Below, one piece after another: positions 35,201 through 48,890 of a stretch of 64,000 bases of DNA; within the stretch, counting starts at the first letter, position 1, and each line of letters begins with the position of its first letter. Source of the DNA: Amphiscolops sp. MND2022 (lineage: Eukaryota); the NCBI GenBank assembly GCA_964187785.1, contig OZ076409.1, positions 89,840,001 through 89,904,000 on the forward strand, read 5' to 3'. The translations under genes and the position numbers were made by a program. The notes beneath the pieces are model-generated. The model had not been told where the DNA came from. It made no database searches and was given only the letters and a program-made list of their open reading frames with translations.

Positions 35201-38200
35201 TCAACTGAGTTTTTTCCATTAAATTTGCAGCGTGCTTAGTTCTGACAAATTTCTTTGCTCTTTGATATTGTTCAAGATGCTCATCATCAACTAATTACCC
35301 AAAATTTCGACCTCGCTAATATTTACTTTTGAATAGAGAATCAAGAGGCGCAGTGGTACTGCGACATTTCTTTATATTCTGTTAATACGCCTTGACAAAA
35401 ATCTCATGCCCCTTTTGAACTGAAAAAGTCTTCACCGTTCTGAAAACTAGTTCATCCAAAATTGCATATAAAGTTCCACAGTGGTTGACCCTACATGGAT
35501 ATTTTAGTAAGATCTTGGCCGGATCTTGGAACAATCTTGGCTAAGATCTTGCCATGGTTTTCATTTTGCCATGGTAAAATCTTGTAAATATTTTATAAAA
35601 ACCTTACTAAGCAGCCCAAGATGACAAGAAAAATCTCAGAGGCCCAAGATGGCAAGAAGATTTTGCTACGAACTGCTTGATATCGAGAAAAAAGCAGCAT
35701 CAGAAAAACATTAAATTAAAAGCTATTGAAAATCTAAAACTCACTGTAAACTATAAAATTACTAGAAACTATAGAACTATAAAATTATCTATACGACCAT
35801 TAGAATAACATCGGAAAAAACTGAAATAGTTTCAAATATCTCTAGAATAGGATCTAAAACCACCTGAATAACATCTAAAAATCGCTAAAGTTTCCTAAAA
35901 TCACAGGAATAAAATCTAAAACCACTGAATTGGGAACAAAAACCTCTGGAATATATAAAAATCACAGGCATACGATATAAAAGCACTGGAATTATTATTT
36001 TCCGCCCATTTTTCATATGGGAAAGGAAAATATTTGAATCAAACCGGTTTTTTTTTGCAAAATTTGTCAAGAATTAATTTCACCGAAACTAAATTTAACT
36101 TTATGGGTGTTACCCATAGAATTCAACTCACATAAATTTAGCTTAGTGCGATATGTATTTGTGGAGAATTCTGGACTTTTTTAGTAGACCCCAAGGACCC
36201 CAGAATGACCAAAAAATAAGAAAATTTGCAAAAATTTCCAATTTTTCTACGTTTCAATGCAATTTTTTGATAGATATCGTGAATTAGAATTTTGAAAACG
36301 TTCAACAAGGCACGAAATCGTTGTCCAGTAGTCTTCTATAGTGTGATAATTGCTGTTTTCCAAATGAAAAAGATCTAAAATTGTCACCAAAAATTACGAA
36401 AAAACCAAAAATTTCACACTTTTCAAAATTTTAATGCAATTTTTGTCAAATTTTTGACAGAGTTCGTGGATTAGAATGTTGAAAACGCACAACATGGCAC
36501 AAATTGGTTGTCCATTAGGCTTTTCCGGAAATATAACTGCTGTTTATCTCAAATTAACACCGAAAATGACAAAAACTCAAAATTTTTCGTTTTTCACAGT
36601 TTTCACGCAACTTTTGTCAAAATTTTGACCAACTTCGTGGATTGGAATGTTGAGAAACGTCAGCAAGGAAAGAATTTTAGTCCAGTAGGCTTTTTTGAAG
36701 AGTTTATTGCAGTTTTCTAATTGAAAAATCTCAAATTAGCAACAACAATGACAAAAATATTCAAAGTTTTCCACTTTTTTAAGTTTTTATGCAACTTCTG
36801 TCACAATTTCGACAGACTTCGAGAATTGAAATGTTAAAAACGTTCACCAAGGTTGCAACTCGTTGTCCAGTAGTCTTTAAAGTCAGTTTTTTTAATTGAA
36901 AAGAGTCTAAATTTGACACCGAAATTGACAAAAACCCCAAAATTTTTCAATTTTCAAAGATTTTATGCAGTTTTTTCCGAATTTTCGACAAACTCCGGAA
37001 ATTGGAATATTGGATCAAGTCCACAAGGAGTGAATTGGATATCCAGTATGCTTAGTGGAGAGATAAATGCAGTTTTGTAAATAAAAATTGTCTGGAATTG
37101 ACATCGAAAAAGACAAAATTTCGAAAATTTCCCTATTTTCACCAATTTTGTTCAATTTTTGTCAAACTATCGATAGACTTCGTTGACTAGAACGGTAAAA
37201 CCCCTAAACAAGGGGGAAATTTTTGTTTTTGTGAGTTTTCGTCAAAAGATAAGTTCTATTTCGAAAAGAAATGCTTCAAATTGATCCTGAATTTGTCGAA
37301 AAATTCGAAGTATTTGTCGTTTTTGTTGCAATTTCTGTTGAATTTCCAAGATTTTTCGTCAAACGTTGCAACAAAATCAACAACGAAAGAACGAGCTATG
37401 CATTACATTTTTGATGAGAACGTTTCAGCGTTTTGCTTCAAAAACACTTCAGAATGACTCCAAATAGTTCACAAAAATTCAACATCTTTTACAAGCGTTT
37501 TTATACAACCTATGTCTACTTTTTGAATCGTTTTGGAATCAGAATGATGGTAATCTTTCAACCAAGATTGAACTCATACTTCTGTCGGCTTTTAAAGAAA
37601 TATTTGCAGACTTCGGTTGGAAAAAGGATCAAAATTGACCGCAAAAAGTTGAAAATGTCAATATTTTTGTCGATTCCTGGCATTTTCAGTTAATTTTAAT
37701 TTGAGATTGGAACATTTTGGTAAGATAAAAGCTTCAAAGAGCTCCAGATGATAAATCTCGATCAATAAGACGTTTTCAAAAGAAAAATTTACATATTTTA
37801 TAGCAGAGAGTTTCTTCTGAATGACCCAAAAATTGCAAAATTAAGAAATTTCAAGTTTCTTTAAAAGTTTTTGGGCAGTTTTTTATACCATTTTTGAGCT
37901 ACTACCTTGCATAAAAAGCTTCAAAGGCTCAACAAGGACTACTCTTGGTATCCAGTAGGCAATTTTAAAGATATCATTGTATTTTTTTTGGAATTGGCCT
38001 CAGAGCTCCCAGAAACCATTGAACAATAAGGCACGTCTTTTGACAAATTATTCCCAATTTTTGTGCACGCCACAAAATTGCTCTTAGAATAGAGAACTTC
38101 CATTGACCCGAGCGTTGAAACAATAAAATTTTGGGCATTCAAAACGCAAGTTGGAAAAAAAGTAGGCAGAAATTCGTCGAGTTTACAACGAAGGTGTCAA

Positions 38201-41200
38201 ATGTTCTGATTTTCCTCAATTTCCGACAATATGGTCCCACTTTTGGACACTTTCCGAGAATTTACTTCAATCAGAAAACCCATAGGCTCAAGGTTGAAAC
38301 GTGTAGCCACAGGTAGTGTTTCGAAAAGATATCAGACAAGTTTATTTGCACAACGTAAACTTTAGTTGGAAACGTGAATTTCGTCCTTATTTGTCAAACA
38401 TTCAATATTCAATAAGCTCCAAGCAAAATCACTAGATACCGAGTACACCTTCTCAATGAAAATGTTTCGAGCTAGTAGAGTGGGTTAGAATGGTCTAAGC
38501 ATTCAACAACAACTAAAATCGGTGTCCACTATGCTTAGTTGTGAAGAGACATGTGTACATTCATGTAAGAAAAGTTGCTCGAATTGATCCCACAGTTTTC
38601 GAAAACATTTCCAATTTTCGACACTTCTGGTGGAACTTTGTGCAATAATACAACAAATTGGGACCGCTCAAGTTTCCCAAACTTGCAAATGACCTAGATT
38701 CAAGATTATATCATTTTCTCAGTGTCAAAAATTACCCCAAGAAATACGCCTGAGACTCGGAGGCCATTCTTTCCCCAACGAATCTCAAAAAGCCAATTTT
38801 TTGACTTTTTTAGGTTGAGACCTTTGATGGCGAAACAAGTTTCAGCTCACAAACTACTTTTTTCATGTTGAAATCAGCTATGTTATCAAGGAGGTACCCT
38901 TCGACCACTTGAAAATTTCGGAAAGACGCACAGAGCCAAAAAAACTAAAATGAGGTCTTTTCCACAATCAATAAGAAACCTCATCAGTTCCACATGATCA
39001 AAAGTAACAAAGATGTCACCTTCAAAACTCGGGAAACTTATTTCCTTTACAGAAAAACTCAAAAACTAAAAATTGCGAAAAATGTTTTTCGAAAATTGTT
39101 TCCGAAAAAAATGAAAAATTTCTTTTACTCGGTAAGTTGCATAGTGCCGAAAAAACTAAAACTGGCCAGCTATCGCAGAAGTAATAAAATAGGAGTTTCC
39201 TTTAAAAATGGGCAAAGATGAATCAATACTTTCTTTTCTTCGAACTTCTCAGCATTTTTATAGAGCATTGGCTATTCTTGAGCATCAAATTTATGTAGTT
39301 TCAGAACAGTTCGAGGCGGAAAATATCTCACTGCTCAGCGGGCGTCTTGTTTATAAAACCATTCGACCATTAGGCATTATTGATATACCAAATTGATATA
39401 ACGTCAATAATTTGCCAAGTGGCGGCCAAACACGCGACGTGAATGAAGTCTGTTCAAAACGTGGATACTGCAGATACATTCTGTGGGATTACGAAAAAAA
39501 CTAGTCACTGTAATAGTCGGGCATATTTCCTACAAGCTGCGTAAACTCAGCAAAGGTATTATAACTACGATGTATGTATTTTGAAACCTACTATCGTATG
39601 GAATCTCCTTAACGAAGTCAGTTGAAAACTGTCAAATCTAAGCTGTTGCACAGCTGCTGTGCAGTCGTTTACAAATTTATACCCTTTTCAAGTTACACTT
39701 GCTCATTGATAAAGCAAATCGTTTCATTTAAATAGCCGAATGGAATGAATCTTTACTGAAATATATATTTCAGGGTGTTCCCTTTTGCTGCGCGCCGAGA
39801 AAAACCAAAGTTGGTCGAAACACTTTCATTCTACTGTTGTCACTGTTTTCTTCTTACCGGATCAGGGGAGATCAATCGGCGTTTGAAAAATTGTTCAAGT
39901 TATTTCGATAGAATTTTTCAACCAACAGACTTTACAAAATGCCATTTAATTGATTTTGAAACCGTTCGAATTTTGTTGAACTGCCCAAGTAGGAACTCGA
40001 AGAGCTAATCAGATTCTTTTCATCTTAATTTTTTGCCTTCAAACTGGCGTCTAATCCAGTAGAAAAATCTCTATCTATCCACATTCACTGCTCTGGAGGT
40101 TGAGTGCCAGCGATGCCGGGTCATTTTGTAGTTATCCTGCCTTCGGGAAAAATCTTTCAATTTCGAAAAAAAGAGCTTTGGGCGTTCTTTTGTTAAATTT
40201 TTGATGATTCTCACTTTGTGAATTTCTTGACTCTAAACAAATTTCTGTCGGTCGTTATAGCAGCACTGCAAGAGGTGATGGAAAATGTCAACTTGTTCTA
40301 ATTTCCAGCGTTTGCTGTCCCAATGTGATCAGTTCCGCTATTTTCCGAATTTTGGTACCGAGATGGACTGTTTACTTGAAATAAAAGGTGCCAAGAACAA
40401 TGCAATTGTTCGATGATCAAAGTAGAGTTAGCGCAATGACACTGCAATTTTTTGTTTTTTTTTTGACAAGAGGTTCGAGTATCTCGCGAAAAAATTAAAT
40501 TGATAAGTGCCGAGGGCTTGACGTTCTCCAAAGGTCACAAAAACGGTGCAACATCAAAAAATTTCCAAAAAATATTTGAAAAATCTCAACAAACCATTTT
40601 CTTCATAACTTACGAGCGTCATAGCTAAATACGTTATATCCGAAGATATTTCAATTTAAACTCATATACTTTTGATGATATCTCTTAATCGATCTATCGC
40701 CTGATTTCAAAGTCTTAGAGATTGAAGAGAAATTTTCTCATGGGATTCAACAAAGAGTGGAGCGGAATTTCTTAAGGGAATCAAATTTTTCATGCTGTTG
40801 TCAGAGATTGCATAATACATGCTACTAGCAAGTTGTAAATCGAAAGACCATGCTGTTTACACAAGTTTATCGGATTAGGCGGAAAGGATTCATAAAATTT
40901 TAGCTCGGCTCATAGCACAGATTTTCTGCTGACCAATAAGCATGGTTAGTGAGCCCCGTTTGGCGAATCCGTTGTTTCAAACATCTGAAGTTTCTTTTGG
41001 ATTTTTAACGTTGACGGTTGCGCCAAAAACCAAAATTACACTTTGTTTTCACAAAGTGGTATCAGAGTAAAGCATCAAATCAGTTTCCAAAAAGTGAATT
41101 TAATTGTCCTTGTACGTCAAAATTACAAAATTGATCCTTTAGTTCGAGTGGTTTCTCAAGCCATATCATATTTATAAGTCATAGAGGAAATACTTTTTTC

Positions 41201-44200
41201 ACTTTTCTGTAGCCTTAATTGGAACTTCTGAAACCGATTCTCTTCACATTGTTTACCTTAATGGATCGGCTATTATGGGTTCTAAAGTTTGATCATTCCC
41301 TTTCTTTGTAATCCTGTCTTTTATTCTTGAAGTCAATTCAATTTAATACTTTTTGTCTTCAGAAAATTTTCAAGAAGAAACCCAAGAACAGAGACGACCT
41401 GAACGGTGGAGCATCTAGTGCCCAAAGTGGAACGACGGAAGACGGGGGAATATCTCCCACTTCTCCCCCAGTTGTTTTTCCGACTGTGACGTCAGGAATT
41501 CCAGCCTCCAAGACAACGAACAAACCATCAGCTACTGTATTGTTCACATTCCGCCCAGAGTTTCAGGGGTGAGTTTTGGGGGAACTTTTGACTCGAGCTA
41601 GTTTACGCGCATAAAGGTTTTTGTTGGCGTGCTTAGCAGATAAAAATCAGAGGCGTATATTTACAAGAGTGTGATGAATGTTGTGGATTTTTTTATTTGT
41701 GGACTTTGTTTCGGCCAAGCCATGTTTTTTCTGAAAATGAGTATGCAGTTGAGTTTTGTGAGAAGTGTTGGCAACTTCCAACAAATTTTCATCTTGTGAG
41801 TTCGCTTATTGTGACCCCTTTTATCTTTTGTTTCGGAGAGTGGCGACTGAAATCTAATTGTTAATTCTTCCAAAAATATAAATAGAAAAGTTTTCCAAAT
41901 ATTTGCCTCTTCAAATATCCGCATTTTTCGAAGATTTATGCATAGCAGCTAATATGATGCATTTTCAGAGAGATCGCAGTGCAGAAAGGAGACGTTGTTT
42001 CCGTGATTCGAAACATCGATGAAAACTGGGTTGAAATTGAAGCCCCCAACGGTGTTGGAATTGTACCCAAAGATTACATAAAACACAACAAAAGCAGCGA
42101 ATCAGCAGCTCCCAAAGCTTCCCCGAATCCGAAAGAAAAACAAAATGACAAGAAAGGTGGTCAACCTAACATCATCAAAAACCAATCGCAGAAGCCTAAC
42201 GATCAGTATAGAAACATGGAAAAGCCCAGGGGCACTGGGTTTTCTGCCTCCGAAAAACACGCTGACCCCCCAAAGAATACTGACAAAGCAGGAAGTATGA
42301 AAAACTTGAATGGGTCCTCGATGAAACCGCTGACCATTCAAGTTAACAATTACAACAATGACAAACAACAAAACCATCAGCGGGCCTTTGATGTTTCGAC
42401 TGCAAAAGATAGAAATGCCAAGTCATCTAAACCCGCAAATTCTCACGAAGTTAAACGAGTTCGAGTCAAGCATAACTTCCGTGCTGAAAACGACGATGAT
42501 CTTGCACTGAAAGTGGTTAGTAGCAGCATAGCTTAATAAACTTAATAAACGTTCCCAAAAACTGGCCCAAAAACTGTTGTTTTTCCAGAACGAGATAGTA
42601 AACGTGACAAAACGAGTTGACGAAAACTGGTATGAAGGAACCATTGGGAAACGACGGGGGATATTTCCAGTTAACTGCGTAGAAGTTATCGAGACCCACG
42701 AAAATCTTGAACCATCGCCAGGTTTGGCTTTCTTCCAAATTATTCAACATTGTTGACACTGTTGTTGAAAATTAACGACTATTTTCACCGCCCAGTGGCT
42801 TTTCTTTCCAGGAGCCTATTCTCCTCAGCCCGGCGTCGAAACAAGCTTTAATTCAACCTCCCCCAACAAAGGCGTATCTGTTACCTCTCATGTAAGTGGA
42901 TAATTTCTGATATTTAGTTCAATTTTTTTATATGATTTTCGGCGGGAAAACAAGTAAATAAAAATGCAGTCTATAAAGGCATGACTAAAAGAATCCGGGA
43001 ACCAATATTCAACAATTTTTTTGAAAACCATGCGATACTCAAACAACCTTGAGACCCTTGTAAAAATACTTTCAAGCTCAAATCAACGCATTGATGCGAA
43101 AGATGCTTTGTTGAATTTAAAAAAGGTTAATTTGAGAAAATATAATAGTTAAAAGCACAATCTAGACACGAGCTGACATTGGCTCTGGGTTCATGTAAGC
43201 GTTTTTCGGTGGCGCTGAAAAGTATTGAATACTAACCCCACCAATATCATCTTTATAACAAGCCGGGAACGGCCCAAGTCGGCGCCATATCTAAGGCTCA
43301 AAAAGACGGAAACCACTTTTTCTACAACTGGAGGCAACAAAAGCTCTCAAAAAACTAAAAATTGAGAAAAAAATTTTTCCGATTTTTTTCGGAATTTTTT
43401 TGAAGTTTCCGGTAAGTCGCATAGTGCCGAAAAATGTAAAAGGGGGGACACTTTGGGATTTTTTGAACATCCATTCTGTTGCAAAATATCAAAAATTTAT
43501 GGGAGGAACAATAAAAAAAATTCGGAAAAAAATCAGTGTCACAGTGCCGAAAAAAGGAGGAAAGTCTCATAGTGTCGAAAAAAGTGGACCCTTCTGCTTT
43601 GGAATGGCTTTTTATCTCATGTTAGAGGCTTTGGATGCGTTGAAAATGAAGTACTAAGTACATATGGTAAAAGTTGGTAAATGTGCATTAATGCACAAAA
43701 AGTGGACGTTACGTTGAACTGACGAAAAAAAACTAGCCACTGTAAGAGTCGGGATTTTCTTCGAAAACGCCGACTAAAAACATGAGTCTAATACTTAGTT
43801 TCCACCAAGATTTTTGAGCATGTTACAAAAAACAACCCTCAATTCTATGGTCCAATGCCAGAAAGATTGCCATTTATTATTCATGATAGGTTACCCTCTT
43901 CAACTACTGTAGTAGTCGATGATTCCATTGAGTCGTTAGTTTTACGGATCGAACATGAGCCATGAATACACAAGATTGAACATCTCAGGAGAGCAAAGCT
44001 CACTTTTTGCATAGGAGTCGTTTTTTGTTGAGCGGATTTATCCTGTTTCCAGCAAAGCGACAAGCTACCTCAGTGGCAGAGCAACAATTCCCTCAACTCT
44101 CTGGGTAGGATGAAAGCTGCCGATCAAGAATCCCTCCAAGATTTGCCCCCTGGAGAACCGTTAGTATCTTCACTACTTGACTTACTCCTGAAACGCATCT

Positions 44201-44756
44201 TTTTCCTCCTTCCTCACACGCGTGAAGTTATGCTAAAATATCGAAAAGTTTTCATAAATTATAATACTATTATTAATTACTATAGTAATAAACTGATTGT
44301 ATAGAATCATGTAAAGTTCCAAAATGTGATTAAGAGTATTTTAGGAATTGTTAAAAAGTACCTATAGTACTATAAATTAGGTTAAAAAATCTTTATAACA
44401 CGTTGGTGGAAGGGAAGTGGTTTTTCGTCAAAAAAGAGCTCTCAAAACTAACTCCTCAAAACTCATTGTATTGCGAAAGGTAATTGTGAAAGATTATGAA
44501 AGCTTGAATGAGTGAAGCGGAAGTCTTACAACTTCGAAAAAGCGAAGGTAGAGTGTGAACGAATTGCATAATTTGTTACAGCTTCAAAGTGATTTTCCGA
44601 TACCAGCACCAGAAGCCAGACGAGCTGGATCTCGAAGAGGGAGACATTTTATACGCCATTGAAAAGTGTGACGATGGTTGGTTCATCGGCACCTCTGAGC
44701 GCACTGGCAAATACGGAACTTTTCCCGGAAATTACGTAACAAAGATTAACCTTTAG
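26276..44756 (+). CDS. SORBS: Sorbin-homology and three-SH3 adaptor protein (SORBS/CAP/ponsin/ArgBP2/vinexin family), 5'-incomplete model. Exons: 26276-26424, 27591-27669, 28249-28506, 29167-32061, 32508-32674, 41363-41568, 41969-42515, 42589-42721, 42812-42891, 44053-44159, 44582-44756
   Basis: All introns are GT-AG and phase-compatible. SoHo-like KSEWYKQMFKSM; SH3-1 (ATVLFTF..EIAVQKGD..IDENWVE..GIVPKDYI); SH3-2 (VKHNFRAENDDDLAL..VDENWYEG..GIFPVNCV); SH3-3 (GEPFKVIFRY..DELDLEEGD..EKCDDGWFIGTSERTGKYGTFPGNYV), which matches the family's characteristic last SH3. Stop TAG at 44754-44756. The symbol is family level only. Confidence 0.88.
26643..26825. repeat. Intronic fold-back palindrome (about 75-bp arms)
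   Basis: atgaagttatcattgagtttttgaaacatacttgaattc... is mirrored by ...gaattcaagtatgtttcaaaactcaatgataacttcat. Confidence 0.9.
27591..27669 (+). CDS. SoHo-motif exon (GVKSEVKSEWYKQMFKSMNPDSVRTS)
   Basis: ctaac branch point, tttag acceptor, GTAAGT donor; resembles the sorbin-homology consensus KDWYKTMFKQIH. Confidence 0.8.
28513..28870 (+). mobile_element. Family-A element, complete short copy, intronic
   Basis: ttttAGTCGGCGC ... GCGCCGACTtg-GGCCG-TTCC-CGGCT-tgtt. Confidence 0.75.
29167..32061 (+). CDS. 2895-bp internal exon of the SORBS-like gene (S/N/D/R/P-rich, probably disordered)
   Basis: 973-aa ORF; ctaac branch point with cacag acceptor; CAG|GTTACC donor; phase 1-1. Confidence 0.85.
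32850..33232 (+). mobile_element. Non-autonomous hAT derivative retaining a C-terminal dimerisation-domain fragment
   Basis: TIR CAGTGATTTG(G/A)CGTG(T/C)AT; perfect 8-bp TSD ATCACGGT; about 33010-33150 translates VLEIFICPASSAVERLFSLCGLRTSNCRSKTKPEILEKLVKITF*. Confidence 0.92.
35996..39351 (+). mobile_element. Family-B Helentron/HINE-like element, copy 3, intronic
   Basis: TATTTTCCGCCC ... GGCGGAAAATA tctcactgctcagcggg CGTCTTGTT; internal ~180-bp tandem repeats at about 36230-37250. Confidence 0.72.
43257..43780 (-). mobile_element. Family-A element, complete copy, intronic
   Basis: aacaagccgggaacggcccaagtcggcgcc ... cgccgactaaaaa. Confidence 0.75.
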
Positions 44757-45699
44757 TGTTGTTTCTACTGCTGTACTTTGCAGCCCGATTCTTCAAACTC
44801 TTTTCTCCAGTCTTTAGTTGTGTGAATTCCCAGGGTTTTATGCTGGTTTGTTTGTATTTATAGTGACTCGTCTTTTTCTGTGATAAGCTTTATCTTTTCC
44901 TCCCGACCACGACCCGAACTCAAATTGAATGAAAAAGGTTTCTTTGTAGTTTTTTAGTCGATAATTTATCCTCCATATTAAGATGAAATGAATTGTTAAA
45001 CATATCACTTTTCCCGCAACAATTCAAAGTTGTTTTGCGTTTGACCACATGTAAAATGCAGTATATTACAAATCTTTATTTCCCCAATGATGGAATTCAT
45101 TTATCATTGAATAATGAACTATTTGATAGTAATTTACCATTAGAATGGATTCGTTTTTTCAGTGAAAATTGTCGAAAATGTCAAGTAGAGTCTTAACCTG
45201 ACAGTGGTGAAAATTAAGGGGTTAGCTTTTTTCATCAGCTTCTTGAATCTAGTACTAACAATAATGTGAAAAGTCATTATTATTTTATTAATTCTATACC
45301 ACTTACACTGTATTTTGATTCAAAAATTTGGTTTTGCGACCAATTAAGCACTCCCATTAAGTAAACATACTCCCAATGCAGTCAAAATTATTTGCTGCTA
45401 TTTTTGATCCCTTGTTCTAGCACTCTTTATGAAATGCTCAAATGTTCAATTTTGAATGCAACTTCTGAATGTCTCGAATGATTTGGCGAAAATTTGCCGT
45501 TTTTTCGCAATTGATTTCTCTTGCTAGCAATCATTCATATTGCAAATTTTCGCAAAACATTGCGTTATCTTCATGAAAGTCTTGTTACGGCTATTTATTG
45601 GAGTGGTTTTAGGTGTAGTCGTATTTGTTTTCACAGGGGTGGACGTTCGAGCTTCGGAGACATTTTTTGTTTCAGAATCCGAGTCTTGAGCATTTTGGT

Positions 45700-45965
45700 G
45701 AGCAGATGATTTTTTTTGCCATTGGTACTTTGAGTTTCATCATTTCCTTTTGGTTTTCTGCTAACATTTTTGCTAGATCAGACATTATCTCTTTTCTCGA
45801 AGATGTTTTTTCCTCTTCCAAGTTTTCAAGTTGTACTCTAGGAGATTTGATAGGATCTACAATCAGGTTTTCAGCTTGATTATTTTCAGTTACAGAAGTT
45901 TCAAACTCTCCAGACGCTAGCTCAGCTACTGTTTTCCTTTTCTGGCTTCTAGTCGTCAGTCATTT
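45700..45965 (-). pseudogene. Probable LTR-retrotransposon gag N-terminal remnant
   Basis: Open stretch TTRSQKRKTVAELASGEFETSV...KEIMSDLAKMLAENQKEMMKL with a frameshifted start; assignment is by resemblance only. Confidence 0.4.
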
Positions 45966-47849
45966 TCAAATGAAACGATGAGAATTAGTCTTTGGAAAAC
46001 GTAAATTCGTCAAAGGCGCTTTTCGTTTTTATTACGAGGATTAATAGTTCACAGAACAACAGAAGTACTAACTGAATTTACTTGCTATCTTCTAACTATA
46101 TATACTTTCCTTTCCTAGCATCATTTGTTCCTCACCTAAAAATTCGTAGGTATCTTAAAATCGGGTTTGTTCACTAAAAATCCCAAATGATTCAAATGAT
46201 TTCAGCCCCGCATCATGAATCAGGTATTTAAATTCCTAGTCGCGTCGTTATTCCGTAATATTTTGTTGAAATCATTTTTGTTCAAGCCATTTCCGTCCTG
46301 TTTAGTCTTGAAATGGCGGAAAAATAAAAGCCTGATCAATATTTTCATCATCGAAGGCACGCCGGCGTGATCAATTAGTCAATTTCCAAGTTAAGGATTT
46401 TGAAGTTCAAGACAAAAGTATCACAAGCAAAAATGATGACGCTGACGAAACAGAGCAAAATGTTTTCAGGATTAGAATTGTTTAGAATATGGCATTGGAA
46501 GGAACAAATGATGCTAAAACAACAAGGTCCGATTAGATTGCGTAAACATAAAACACTACAAATTTGTACAAACCAACACGAAGAAATTTAGAATACTAAT
46601 CCGCATAGCATTTGATTAAAGTTTGCTTATTAAACTAAGAATTATACACAAGTTAAGTGGAGAAATATAACGCATCAACAACGGAAAATACCTTTTGATC
46701 AATCTATGACAATAGAAACTCAACACAACAATAGATGAACTCAAATTTTCAAAAAATGGGAAAAAAGGGAAACCTTACGTTGCTTTCAATACATCTGAGT
46801 ATAAGATAACAATAAAACATGTAATATCATCTTCTTAAAAGTAGTTTGCAATGTAAGATCAACGTAACTTCCCTACTGCAAGCACAGTATAAACTCAATC
46901 ATTCATTTTTGACAACTTGATTTTCCGATTCTTCCTTACTGTACAGTTTTCTCTGTGAAAAACTAATTCCGAAAGTCTCCTAATGCATCGTTTCCTGAAG
47001 AAATTTTATTCAAAATGAGTCCAAAACGTCATTCCGTAGTTACAATTTTACATTCTGCTCCGTAGCCGCTCCGTACGTAATAAGATTAGGTATAGCTTTG
47101 TGATCTTACAATTCGCTCCGTAAGCGCTCCGTACGTATGAACATTAGATATAGCTGAACAAAGGCTGGCGGAAATACAGCGGAGAGCGTAGGCGTTCATT
47201 CACTTTCTCTCGGTTGAACGGCGCCGCAAAGGCGACGTTATTAATGGACTGAGCTCAAACATCTTAGCCAAAGGACGACGCTATTGGTCCGGAAAATAGA
47301 GACACCAGTTACGAGCTTATTTGAGTGACGCTGCCATAACGTTGTAATTATTAGCTTAAATTACTTGACTGTATTTTAAGTGAGTTCCAACAACTATTCG
47401 TGGCACTGGAAAACACTCCACTATGCTATTTTGTATGTCCTTTTCATTTTAGATTGTATGATTTCCATTTGGATTACGGATTGGATACCATTTTCGATAT
47501 TTCTTTCCAAGTTGTCAAAAGAAGAAGAGAATTCTTTTTAGAACTTTGTTCATATTTTGCTATTTAGATCAGTATGAAATTTCAGAAGACGAAATTGGAA
47601 GTAAAATAATCACGCGTAGAGTCGTCGGACCGGAAGTTTCATTTAAGTTGAAATTGTTTCTTAAAAATATTCCTTAGCACATACGTATAAACTTAATATT
47701 CTCAGAAAAAAAATCGTTCGTTAAACGTCTGGCTGTACTGTAAGTGGAATTAGTTGATTTTAATTAGTTTAATTTAACAGTACTTTCTATGTCGATGTCC
47801 AAATGCTCTGGGTAGACCGGGGATGCCGCAGCAACATGTAAAACAGCGA

Positions 47850-48890
47850 CCGGGATTCTCTTTCCTCATCATCTGTTTTAGTTCTTCTAATGCAAAAATT
47901 GTTACCGGCGATCCAGAGTTGATCTTTGCTTTGAACCTGTTTCCGTTTATAAATTCAGCCTTGTAATAGGGTTTAATGATTCCTCTTTCAACATTTGATA
48001 CCAGGAGATTTCCATCGTCTTCATCTTCCTGATCAAGCAATTGCACACGTAGTCGTATTTGTTCACAGTTGATGTTTGCTTTGAATCTGCCACTTGACTG
48101 AAAATTTTCTTTTTTCTTGTGGTTGCACGCTCGTTTCGAGTGGCCTTTTCAACCACAATTGTTGCATATTGCTTTTGGTCCTCTATAGAACTTTGAGTGG
48201 TCCAACGTAAAACTACCAGCGCGGAATACCCAATATTCTTTTGTGTTTTGTCTGCTTCCGCTTACAGTGTAATTTTGCTCTTTATTTTCGTATCTTGACT
48301 AGTTTATCCATATCTCTTCTGCCGTTTTAGCACGTCCGCAAAGGCGATATTAAATTGAAGCGCCTCTGCCGGATTCTCTGCAGAGTTTTTCTTGCACATC
48401 TGTTTATTTGACATGTTCAACACGAAAATGTCGTACACCAATCCTTCCGTTTGATTTCCAAAGTCACATTTTGCATTTAATACGTTAAGGACATTCCAAA
48501 GTTGGTAGAGAGTCTCCGTTGACATTGTTTTCTGGATTAGAAAGTGTTTCTATTCAGGATTCTGTTACGACGCATTTGGAACCTTTATTGCAATATGGGT
48601 AAAACTGCGGCAGTTGAGTTTGTAAAATGTTGATTTGTGGAAATTTATCCATGAGCATTTCCTGCCAGGTTTACCAATCGAAACATACAGCAGACTCGTC
48701 ATTTCGCTTGCGGCTGGCACTTCTTCAAGATTTTCCATCAGGGCAGCTAATCGTGGATTTTGCTCATCTGCGTCCTCATCCTAATTCGGATACTGATATC
48801 GAATGGCCAGCTTACACTGCTATTTCGAATAGCTGCAACCACTATTCTCAATCATAAAAAGGAGCTTTCTCGGCCTCTTGCCAAAAGTAA
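47850..48890 (-). pseudogene. Degenerate Ty3/Gypsy gag-protease remnant
   Basis: AKCDFGNQTEGLVYDIFVLNMSN (gag-like) and INGNRFKAKINSGSPVTIF (protease DSGSP mutated; compare FIIDSGSPVTLIP at 59.5 kb); many frameshifts. Confidence 0.7.

Noticed and set aside
35485..35990. aagatcttg repeats and aaaatctaaaaccac-type low-complexity repeats
   Set aside because: Probably a transposon end or minisatellite, but no partner terminus could be identified.
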